Positions 53,079 to 60,861 of a stretch of DNA of 64,000 nt are shown one piece after another. Position 1 is the stretch's first letter. The number at the start of each line of letters is the position of its first letter. Both the position numbers and the translations under genes were made by a program. Source of the stretch: a virus (taxonomy: Duplodnaviria; Caudoviricetes); the IMG/VR virus record IMGVR_UViG_3300011008_002712; one strand, written 5' to 3'. The notes below the pieces were generated by a model that was not told the DNA's origin, ran no database searches, and saw only the letters and a program-made list of their open reading frames with translations.

Positions 53079-53927
53079 TTGAGTATATTACTTTGGCCAA
53101 ACTTAGAAAAACATAATATTAAAGAAACATTAGATAAAGTTGTACAATATCTTTATAACAATTCAAAAAATGATATTGACAAACCAATAATGCTAAAGCA
53201 ACATGCAAAATTCTTTTATTATGACAATATTGGAATAGATTTTGAATCAAATGAAGTTATTCCAATAGCTATATCTTTTGGAGGTGATGGTACATTCCTT
53301 GGAATGTGCAGAGAATTATTAAAAAACAAATATTTTCATACGCGAGTATGCGGAATAAATTTAGGAAATCTTGGTTTCTTAACTAACATTGGAACAAATA
53401 ATTTAGCTAATAGATTGAATGATCTTGTCAATAAACATTATAAATCAATTAAAAGAAATGTCTTGATAGGGAACATTGACGATGTGAATCAAATTGCAAT
53501 CAATGATATTTCTGTAACAAAAGGCTCAATGATTTCTCGAATGCTGAACCTATCTCTTTATATAGATAATAAGTATTTTATGAATTATAGAGCAGATGGA
53601 TTAATTATTTCTACAGCAACTGGTTCTACTGGATATTCATTGTCAGCTGGAGGAAGTATCGTGCATCCATCAGTTGAGGCATTATTGATTACTCCAATTT
53701 GCGCACATTCAATTAGTATGAAACCATTAATTATAAGTTTTCGTTCTTCTATTACTATTAAAATTGATGATTCTAAAGAAGCGTTAGCAACATTTGACGG
53801 ACAAAAAAGCTATAAACTAAATAACAAACAAGAAATACATATAAAAAGTGCACCATATAAGTTAAACACGATACAATTCCAAGATTTAGATTACTATGAC
53901 ATTATAAAGGAGAAATTGATAAAATGA
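53079..53927 (+). CDS. nadK: NAD+ kinase
   Basis: GGDGT, GINLGNLGFL, ND, DGLIISTATGSTGYSLSAGG. Confidence 0.92.
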   Translation: MSILLWPNLEKHNIKETLDKVVQYLYNNSKNDIDKPIMLKQHAKFFYYDNIGIDFESNEVIPIAISFGGDGTFLGMCRELLKNKYFHTRVCGINLGNLGFLTNIGTNNLANRLNDLVNKHYKSIKRNVLIGNIDDVNQIAINDISVTKGSMISRMLNLSLYIDNKYFMNYRADGLIISTATGSTGYSLSAGGSIVHPSVEALLITPICAHSISMKPLIISFRSSITIKIDDSKEALATFDGQKSYKLNNKQEIHIKSAPYKLNTIQFQDLDYYDIIKEKLIK

Positions 53928-54382
53928 TTTTAATTTTAAAAAACATTAAAAACATAATTAACATTAATTTTTTAAAAACTGATTCAATATCATTGGATGC
54001 AACGAAGATATTTGATAGTGAAGATCATTTTGTTGCTTGTATAGAAGAAGATATTGAAATAACTAAAAAATTTTATCGAGAACTAATTAAAAAATTATTA
54101 GAAAATAAAGAATTGGATACGATTTATATTAATGATTTTAATAAAACATTGTGCGCAAAATCATATTCAGATGATTATGCAATAAAATGCAAGTATAAAA
54201 ATGGGATAGAAGAAACGTATTTTACTTATGAATATCGTCGTGAAATGAAAAACAAACTAAAAAAAGAAGAAAATGAAGAAATAACAGAAGAAATTTTGGA
54301 AGCTTTAGAAGAAAAAGAAGACAAAAATTTAGAATACTGCGACAAAGTTAGATATAGACATTGTTTTAAAAATAAAAAATAA
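53924..54382 (+). CDS. Hypothetical protein coupled to nadK
   Basis: ATGA overlap with the nadK stop. Confidence 0.55.
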   Translation: MILILKNIKNIININFLKTDSISLDATKIFDSEDHFVACIEEDIEITKKFYRELIKKLLENKELDTIYINDFNKTLCAKSYSDDYAIKCKYKNGIEETYFTYEYRREMKNKLKKEENEEITEEILEALEEKEDKNLEYCDKVRYRHCFKNKK

Positions 54383-54544
54383 AGACACCGTTCGTGTGCA
54401 AAATATGCACCTACTAACTGTCTTTATCTGATACTACATTTTTTAACAGATACAATATGTCTGTTATGGATTTATGCCCCCTGTGCTCGAGCATCTTGAT
54501 ATACGGTCACGCATAGGCCGTATATACTCGCTTAACAAGTGAGC
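54379..54544 (-). ncRNA. DGR spacer RNA 3' of the TR (structured)
   Basis: Hairpins ATATACGG..CCGTATAT, TAACAGA..TCTGTTA and terminal ATAAAGACA-GTTAGTAGG...CGAACGG-TGTCTTTAT; GGCATAAATCCA can pair with TGGGGTTATGCC 5' of the TR. Confidence 0.65.
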
Positions 54545-54664
54545 TCAGGCGAGGCGGAAGCCGATGTTAGTGTTCGTGTTGGACGAATTGTTGTTCAGAT
54601 TCCAGTAGAAGAGGCCAGCTTTCGACCCATTGTTCCAATTGCCGCCGACGTTAGCGACAACGCA
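54545..54664 (-). repeat. DGR template repeat (TR) for a C-type-lectin-fold variable region
   Basis: Conceptual translation CVVANVGGNWNNGSKAGLFYWNLNNNSSNTNTNIGFRLA*; 11 AAY codons; GC-rich island; 1.5 kb from a DGR RT. Confidence 0.9.
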
Positions 54665-54979
54665 TTTGGCATAACCCCAATGTAATTTTCTTAGGCCTGT
54701 TTACTGTATTGAACATACACGTCCAACACGAACAAACCATCGAAATTTATTTTACAGAATTAATATAGAATATAAAGCATTTCTTATAACAATGAATTTA
54801 ATGGAGACAAAATGATGAAATGTTCTTTTCAGCATGTCAAAACGCTTTCATTTTATAGCAAACAAATGTCAGATGATCAATTTGATTATTTGTTGAAGTA
54901 TACTTAAAATATAATTCATTATAAAAATGAATTATCTAAAGAATTTTTAAAATTTTTTCTAAACTACATTATGTATACA

Positions 54980-56233
54980 TTATTTGGATTCATTAATTAT
55001 TAAATAACGCCAATTATTACATGAACATTTTTTCTTTAAAAATCTAAGAGGAATTTTTAATGTTTTATTTGGTAAATAAATATAGTTGTCATTAATGTCT
55101 TTTATGTATGCATAATCTCTTGAAAATCCAGATACCCATCCAATTTTTCCTTTACAAATTACTTTGTCATTGAGACAACAATTTTTTATTTGTTTTATAT
55201 TTTTGTTGTTTCGTTTTTGAGTGGTGTTTGAATTTTTTCTTCCTTTTCTTGGGATTGCTTCATGTAAAGAACGTTTCTTTTTTCTAAATTGTTTAATGAT
55301 GAAAAAATCATTTGAATTTTCTTTTATTCGTGCGATTCCAGAAATTATGATTGCATCATTATAATGAGTCTTAGGTAAATTCAATTTATTTCTTATAGAA
55401 GATGTAGTAGAACCATTGATAAAAATGGCGGTTGAGAAAAGCTTGTTTATTTTGAATTTTATGATGTTCATAAATGTAGGATCTTTGAATTGTTTGCACT
55501 CGTGTTTTTGCATTAAATTGAATAAGATTTTTCCCTTTTTGTGATTTTCCTTTGTATGACATTTATTACAAAGTGTTATTAAATTATCTGCGCGCTCACT
55601 GCCATTCTTGTTTTTATACATAATATGGTGAATATGTAGTTTTTTTGAATTTCCGCATATCTGACATTTGTGGTTATCCCTTGCTAAAACATAATCATAA
55701 ACATTGTCATATCCAAAACATTTTCCGTGTTTATAGTCTGTTGTTGGATCAATGATTTTATGGATATTGAATTTTGCGTTTTCAATGTGAATGATTGGAT
55801 TCGGTAGTAAACTAGAAAATTTGTTTATCCAAAATAAAATGTTGTTGAATCTAGATTGAAGGCTTGGCGTTAAGAGATTTTTTGATTTTCTGTTCAAAAA
55901 TTTTGCTCTACGATATCTAGTTTTTCTTATTCTTCTAGATCTTCTTAGTTGTTTTCTTTTTAAAAGCAATTGATGAACATCTTGGCGTAATATTATTTCA
56001 CCTTTTGCAATTACATTATTTGAAGATGTAATTGCTATTCCGATATGTTTTGTTCCCATGTCAATTCCAAGATGAATTTCTTGTTTAGCTTCTCCTGTTG
56101 CATATAGAAGTTGTATTGTGAATGGCATGTAATGAATAATCTTAGCTTTCTTTTGTTTTAAAAGAATTCTAGCTTTTCTTTGAGAACATGGCATTAGTGC
56201 TTGTCCTCTTTTATTTCTAACAAAAACTCTCAA
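54980..56233 (-). CDS. iscB: IscB RNA-guided nuclease (PLMP, RuvC, bridge helix, HNH)
   Basis: ALMPC, GIDMG (RuvC-I), RRSRRIRKTRYR, IHIE (RuvC-II), HIHH...NLITLCNKCH (HNH), THYNDA (RuvC-III); catalytic residues appear intact. Confidence 0.93.
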   Translation of the reverse strand: MRVFVRNKRGQALMPCSQRKARILLKQKKAKIIHYMPFTIQLLYATGEAKQEIHLGIDMGTKHIGIAITSSNNVIAKGEIILRQDVHQLLLKRKQLRRSRRIRKTRYRRAKFLNRKSKNLLTPSLQSRFNNILFWINKFSSLLPNPIIHIENAKFNIHKIIDPTTDYKHGKCFGYDNVYDYVLARDNHKCQICGNSKKLHIHHIMYKNKNGSERADNLITLCNKCHTKENHKKGKILFNLMQKHECKQFKDPTFMNIIKFKINKLFSTAIFINGSTTSSIRNKLNLPKTHYNDAIIISGIARIKENSNDFFIIKQFRKKKRSLHEAIPRKGRKNSNTTQKRNNKNIKQIKNCCLNDKVICKGKIGWVSGFSRDYAYIKDINDNYIYLPNKTLKIPLRFLKKKCSCNNWRYLIINESK

Positions 56234-56239
56234 GTTTTG

Positions 56240-56481
56240 TTCCTCCTATCTAATGATATGAGTTTGATTGCCCTTCGCTAATGTTGTAATCGCTTACTTA
56301 CAATGGTAAGCTGTCCTTGGGTTGACCATTTTTCATCTCTAAAAACTTTTACAGAGCCCAAACAGTGTCATAAACTAGAGCATCATTTATGAGTGTTATA
56401 ACGAAAACAACGTAGTCATTATGACTTAAGCTAATCAATGATATGAAAGAGATGCATTGATTTGCCGCCAACGTTAATTTT
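56240..56481 (-). ncRNA. omegaRNA of IscB (guide ~56481-56462, scaffold from 56461)
   Basis: ATCAATG..CATTGATTAGCTTAAG..GACTACGTT..TGATGCTCTAGT..CTCTGT..AACATTAGCGAAGG directly upstream of iscB, matching HEARO/omegaRNA landmarks. Confidence 0.8.
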
Positions 56482-56711
56482 ATTTTAATAAAAAAAATAA
56501 AATAAAAACTATTGATATTTTAGATATCAATGGTTTTATAATGTTTATGTATAATTTATAAAATTATTTTGGAATTTTTTGTGGATGTTTAAAAGCTTCA
56601 AATTTGTCCTTCATAGAACAAATTTTTGTAGAAATAACATAGATTTATTTGATTCCACAAAATTTATGAAACTTAAAATAAATAAATTAAAAATAAAAAG
56701 GAGAAAATAAA

Positions 56712-56921
56712 ATGAAATTTATTGTAGGATTGTTAGGGTTGACATTTGGTGTTGCTATGTTTTTTGTTATTTCAATTGTTCTTGATGTTGCTGTTTCATC
56801 GATAGTATTAGCTCTAATTGATTTCTTTCTTGGTACATCTTATTTTACAGCACAATACGTTGCAATTATGACTGTCATTTTATTTTTGATTGGGTTATTA
56901 AGGAAATCAAAATGTAAGTAA
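56712..56921 (+). CDS. Small two-TM membrane protein
   Basis: Hydrophobic 69 aa; AGGAG RBS. Confidence 0.65.
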   Translation: MKFIVGLLGLTFGVAMFFVISIVLDVAVSSIVLALIDFFLGTSYFTAQYVAIMTVILFLIGLLRKSKCK

Positions 56922-56982
56922 AATTAACAAACAATTTGAGTTTATTCATTTTATGAAATAAATAAATATATCAAAATTAACA

Positions 56983-57111
56983 TGTAGACATATAGCCAAT
57001 GAAAATAGATTAACCCAATCTCATTTCAAATGTTTATGCTGCGGATATGAAATGGATGCAGATATAAATTCTATTTTAAATATTAAAAAAGGAGGCTGTT
57101 CCCTCCTTTAA
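56983..57111 (+). pseudogene. Remnant of a TnpB C-terminus (Zn finger plus RuvC-III)
   Basis: Translates CRHIANENRLTQSHFKCLCCGYEMDADINSILNIKK; no start codon. Confidence 0.7.
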
Positions 57112-57276
57112 TCACAAAAATGTTTTGTAATTTCTTCTAAAATTTTATTTCCAGCATTTTGCATTGAAGAATTCCAACAATTTTTTAAATTATTCTTAAC
57201 AAAATTATCAAAATTTTTATTGATATTAGATTGTATTTAATTCAAAATCTTTGTTTGTTCTAAAATGTTTTTTCAT
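57109..57276 (-). pseudogene. Degraded copy of 62429-62653
   Basis: MKKHFRTNKDFELNTI* premature stop plus internal deletion relative to the paralog. Confidence 0.7.
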
Positions 57277-57277
57277 G

Positions 57278-57808
57278 TCAATAATTTATTTTGAAGTTTT
57301 CTGACGGTCTGAGTTTTATATATAACATGCCTTTTCTTCTTCCTTTATAAGTGTAATCTTCAAATGTATCAAATTTTTGTCGTTCTAATCCTTTTCCCCA
57401 TCCATTAGCATATTGTTCTTCAAGATAATCAGCTGTAGATTTTAATATTTCGTTTGTTGGGTTTTCGCTATACGTTACTTTCATAATAGCTGTTTCTTGA
57501 GTAAGCTCGAATTCGATATCTTTAATTGTTGGAACTTTTTCTTTAGCGGCATATAAAATAATTTCTTTATGCGATTTAAAATCACTTTCAGCAAGCTCTT
57601 TAGCTTCATCATAATATTCCCACCAAAATAGCGCTGGTACTTCTTGTGTGCTACCAGTATTTCTTAAATATTCTACTCGTATTTTCCATTCTGATTTGAA
57701 TTCTTTTACAGTATCATCACTAGCATGATGTTTTCTATATATAGAGTGTTTAGTTAATGGAATATTTTCAAATGATTTTTTCTTTAAATGTTTTCTTATA
57801 ATGTTCAT
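57278..57808 (-). CDS. Hypothetical protein, paralog of 62655-63224
   Basis: Identical first ~42 aa. Confidence 0.75.
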   Translation of the reverse strand: MNIIRKHLKKKSFENIPLTKHSIYRKHHASDDTVKEFKSEWKIRVEYLRNTGSTQEVPALFWWEYYDEAKELAESDFKSHKEIILYAAKEKVPTIKDIEFELTQETAIMKVTYSENPTNEILKSTADYLEEQYANGWGKGLERQKFDTFEDYTYKGRRKGMLYIKLRPSENFKINY

Positions 57809-57875
57809 TTACATAACCTCTTTTTGTTAGATTTCTATTTTCAATATATGAAATATGCGTAATTTTATTTTTGAT

Positions 57876-59577
57876 GGCGAGAAGACTCCCGCCTCTTAGC
57901 GAAGCGTAAGCGGGAGATGAATCGCCACACTCTTTGACTCAAAACCATACCAAATTCCATCCAAGAATGGAATATATGTGCTATAATATAGAGCAGCAAG
58001 TATTCCACAAGAGAAGGGAGTGAATCAGCCATGAATCAGCTACAGCAAGCCTTGCTGGAACAAAACCTGCTCGAAACTGTCAAGGAGGAATTCCAGTATG
58101 GATATGTCTACGAAATCTACCCTGATAAAGAACAACGTCAGTATATCCATAGGAATTGCGGCTGCAAAAGGCAGATTCACAATCTTTTTGTGGATGAGCT
58201 GTATCACTATCTCGAAAACATAAACTTTAAAAAAGGAGCTATCCCTGGCGAATTCATCAAAAATCTGTCTAAGGCTAAATTCTACAAGGAAAAATTCCCT
58301 TACATGAAGGAAGTTGATTCCCTGGCACTGTCTGCTGCCCGCCTGGATTTTGTCGCTTCGATACGGAAATATAATTCAGAATATGTACCTAAAGGCAATC
58401 CATACAAAAAGAAGGCTCTTAAGCAGGTGAAAACTATCGGCAAGGAGCTTACCTTTTGCGACCTGAAAGGAATGCCTAAATTCTCGGCAAAATATTTTTC
58501 TGAGCAGTCCTTCACTACGAATAACCAAAATGGCACTGTCATGCTTGAAGAATATTCCAGCGGAAACAAAAAATATATGGCTCTGACTATACCGAAGCTG
58601 AAGAATCCCATCAAGCTGCGGTATCATCGGGAAATCCCTGAAAAGGCGAAAATCACCAAGGTTGTCATACATCGCATCGGACAAGATAAATACACTGCTT
58701 CTTTGGCGGTGGTATTCACCAAAGAATATCTTGCCCTGAAGCATGATCAGAAATCACTGGAAAAATTCAAGAAGTTCCTACATGAACATCATGAGTATTG
58801 CCTTGGACTGGATTATTCTCAGCAGGAAGGTTGCGTACCAAGCACAAAAGACAAAGTCCTGCTGGAAAATATTCTGAATACATTTCAAAAGACATACCGA
58901 AAAAATGAGCAGAAACTGCAAGCACTTCAAAGGCAGCTTTCCAAAAAAATCAAGCAAAGCAACGCTTACCTAAAGTTGCGGAGCAAAATCAAGAGACTGC
59001 ACAAAAAGATTGCCAATATCCGAAAGAATGCCCTAAATGTGCTCTCATACAGTATGGCAAGACAGTTTGCCATGGTATCTGTTGAGGACATTGACCTTCG
59101 TGGAATGTCCCAGACGCTCAGGCTGGCAAAAAACCTTCTGGATAATGGCTTTGGCATGTTTCGGGAGATGCTTGCATATAAGCTTAAAGCCAACGGATAT
59201 GTCTTTGTTAAGATAGGCCGTTTCGAGAAATCCACACAGACCTGCCATGAATGCGGTCATATCAATACGTTTACCAAAAACATGAATATCAAGGAATACG
59301 ACTGCGGTGGCTGCGGCAGACATCTGAATCGCGACTACAACGCAGCTTTGAATATTCGTGATATGGGAATTCAAACTGTTTCGACTGACCTTTTTCAGGA
59401 GAAAAAAGCTAAATTCTCACTCGCTGCTCTGCGAGCAAAAAAGAGTAGGGCCGGGAACCTGTCCTAAAGTCCGGTAGGAGTGACCGCATACGCCTTTCAG
59501 CAGGTCTAGCATTTGCTGAACGGTAGCGGCACGATGACGACTGGAAACTCCTGCCTCTACAGGCAGGAGTAGTTCAC
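57876..59577 (+). mobile_element. TnpB-only IS200/IS605-family (IS1341-like) element
   Basis: TTGAT before the left end; left hairpin CTCCCGC..GCGGGAG; right hairpin ACTCCTGCCT..AGGCAGGAGT followed by TTCAC; higher GC than the phage background. Confidence 0.8.
58031..59467 (+). CDS. tnpB: TnpB
   Basis: YEIYPDKEQ, LGLDYS, VSVEDIDL, TCHECG..CGGCG, NRDYNAALNI. Confidence 0.9.
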   Translation: MNQLQQALLEQNLLETVKEEFQYGYVYEIYPDKEQRQYIHRNCGCKRQIHNLFVDELYHYLENINFKKGAIPGEFIKNLSKAKFYKEKFPYMKEVDSLALSAARLDFVASIRKYNSEYVPKGNPYKKKALKQVKTIGKELTFCDLKGMPKFSAKYFSEQSFTTNNQNGTVMLEEYSSGNKKYMALTIPKLKNPIKLRYHREIPEKAKITKVVIHRIGQDKYTASLAVVFTKEYLALKHDQKSLEKFKKFLHEHHEYCLGLDYSQQEGCVPSTKDKVLLENILNTFQKTYRKNEQKLQALQRQLSKKIKQSNAYLKLRSKIKRLHKKIANIRKNALNVLSYSMARQFAMVSVEDIDLRGMSQTLRLAKNLLDNGFGMFREMLAYKLKANGYVFVKIGRFEKSTQTCHECGHINTFTKNMNIKEYDCGGCGRHLNRDYNAALNIRDMGIQTVSTDLFQEKKAKFSLAALRAKKSRAGNLS

Positions 59578-59766
59578 TTTTGATCTGGCTACTAAGGAAA
59601 TCAAAAAATAAGTAAAATTAATAAACAATTTGAGTTTATTTATTTTATGAAATAAATAAAATATATAAAAATTAACGTTATCTTTGAAATTAAAAAGAAG
59701 TTAACGATGAGTTATTTTTTTCTCAGCCAGGGTTATTCTTGAAAATAACAAATGAGATGAATTACA

Positions 59767-60471
59767 ATGAAAAAATCGATTAAAAAAATTGATTATTTTT
59801 TAAAAATTACAGATGAACAAATTGAAAATAAATTCAAAAATAATAAAGAATTACGTAAATATGTTAGCAATTCATCAAACGTTTATGATGCAATAATAAC
59901 ATTCACGAAAGATGTTATTATTGAATACATTAATGATAATAGCAATGAAAGTGACAAAATTGCTCAAATAGTTTTTGGCGAAGAATATTTAAATAAATTT
60001 AATGAAAATATTGATTCTTATATAGAAGAATTGGCAATTAAAATAGTTAATGAACGCAATAATTTATCGGACAAATTTTCTGGAAAACTTTTAGATATAA
60101 CAAAAAAATGTTCTGAAATTTTGTCTAAATTAAATGATTTAGATAAAGAAAAAAATAATTATCATGGGTATGAAAATGAAGTTAGATTTCTTATGGAAAA
60201 TGCCAAGTTTTTGGGATTTGATGTAACTAGAATACCGCAACCAGAAGGAATCGTTGTTTATGAAAAGAATTTTGAAAAATTAGAATTAATCATTGACGGA
60301 GAAAAAATAGCTGCTGATAATGTTATTTTAAGTATTGGTATAAATTGTCAAGAAGATGGTTATGTCGAAATTGGCGCCGAACTTAATGGAAAGTATTATT
60401 TTTGTGAATTTGATGATATACATTCTGCAGTAAAAGCACTGAAACATCCAGAAAACATTGAATTTAAATAA
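59767..60471 (+). CDS. Hypothetical protein
   Basis: 234-aa ORF. Confidence 0.6.
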   Translation: MKKSIKKIDYFLKITDEQIENKFKNNKELRKYVSNSSNVYDAIITFTKDVIIEYINDNSNESDKIAQIVFGEEYLNKFNENIDSYIEELAIKIVNERNNLSDKFSGKLLDITKKCSEILSKLNDLDKEKNNYHGYENEVRFLMENAKFLGFDVTRIPQPEGIVVYEKNFEKLELIIDGEKIAADNVILSIGINCQEDGYVEIGAELNGKYYFCEFDDIHSAVKALKHPENIEFK

Positions 60472-60481
60472 TGGAGAAATT

Positions 60482-60796
60482 ATGAATATTATTAGGAAAA
60501 GACTTGCATGGCCTCTAACAAATACTCAAATAGAAGTTAGCAGGCAATTAGTAAAAAATGGATTCAAAGATGATGGAAAAATATTGACGTATTCTTTTAA
60601 AGAAATTACTCTATATATAGAAAAACAACGGTTGAAAAAATATAAAAATATTACTGTTGAGATTATAGCTTCATCTACTTTTACAGATTTCAAAATAATT
60701 TATGACAAATGGACAACACCAGATCTACTAGAAAATTTTGATGAGATAAAAGATTCCATTTATTCTGATTTTAGCAAATTTAAAAAGGAGAGATAG
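60482..60796 (+). CDS. Hypothetical protein
   Basis: ATG after GGAG; followed by hairpin AAAAAGGAGAGA..TCTCTCCTTTTT. Confidence 0.6.
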   Translation: MNIIRKRLAWPLTNTQIEVSRQLVKNGFKDDGKILTYSFKEITLYIEKQRLKKYKNITVEIIASSTFTDFKIIYDKWTTPDLLENFDEIKDSIYSDFSKFKKER

Positions 60797-60861
60797 TCTC
60801 TCCTTTTTGTACGACATGGTTGTTGCAAATAATAAAAAAAGGAGGTTGTTCCCTCCTTTAA

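Larger units (their letters stand above)
57085..57873. repeat. Copy 1 of a duplicated segment (copy 2 = 60835-60861 plus 62433-63289)
   Basis: Near-identical genes, upstream region and GGAGG hairpin. Confidence 0.85.

Noticed and set aside
51931-53100. RT as a group II intron, retron or Abi RT, and the 389-aa ORF start at 53100
   Set aside because: The GLPIGNLTSQ motif, the size, the lack of a maturase/endonuclease extension and a nearby AAC-rich TR indicate a DGR RT. The 53100 start overlaps nadK, whereas TTG at 53019 has a good RBS.
51252-54382. ORFs 51252-51782 or 53924-54382 as the DGR accessory protein Avd
   Set aside because: Both are on the opposite strand to the RT. One is a repeat HTH-like protein, and the other shows no Avd-like features that I can recognise.
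54980-56481. Cas9/CRISPR locus
   Set aside because: The protein is 417 aa with a PLMP-type N-terminus and no REC lobe, and I saw no repeat-spacer array anywhere in the window.
59667-59679. AAAATTAACGTT match to the 5' part of the IscB guide region
   Set aside because: It is only ~12 nt, AT-rich and TAM-distal, so it is expected by chance.
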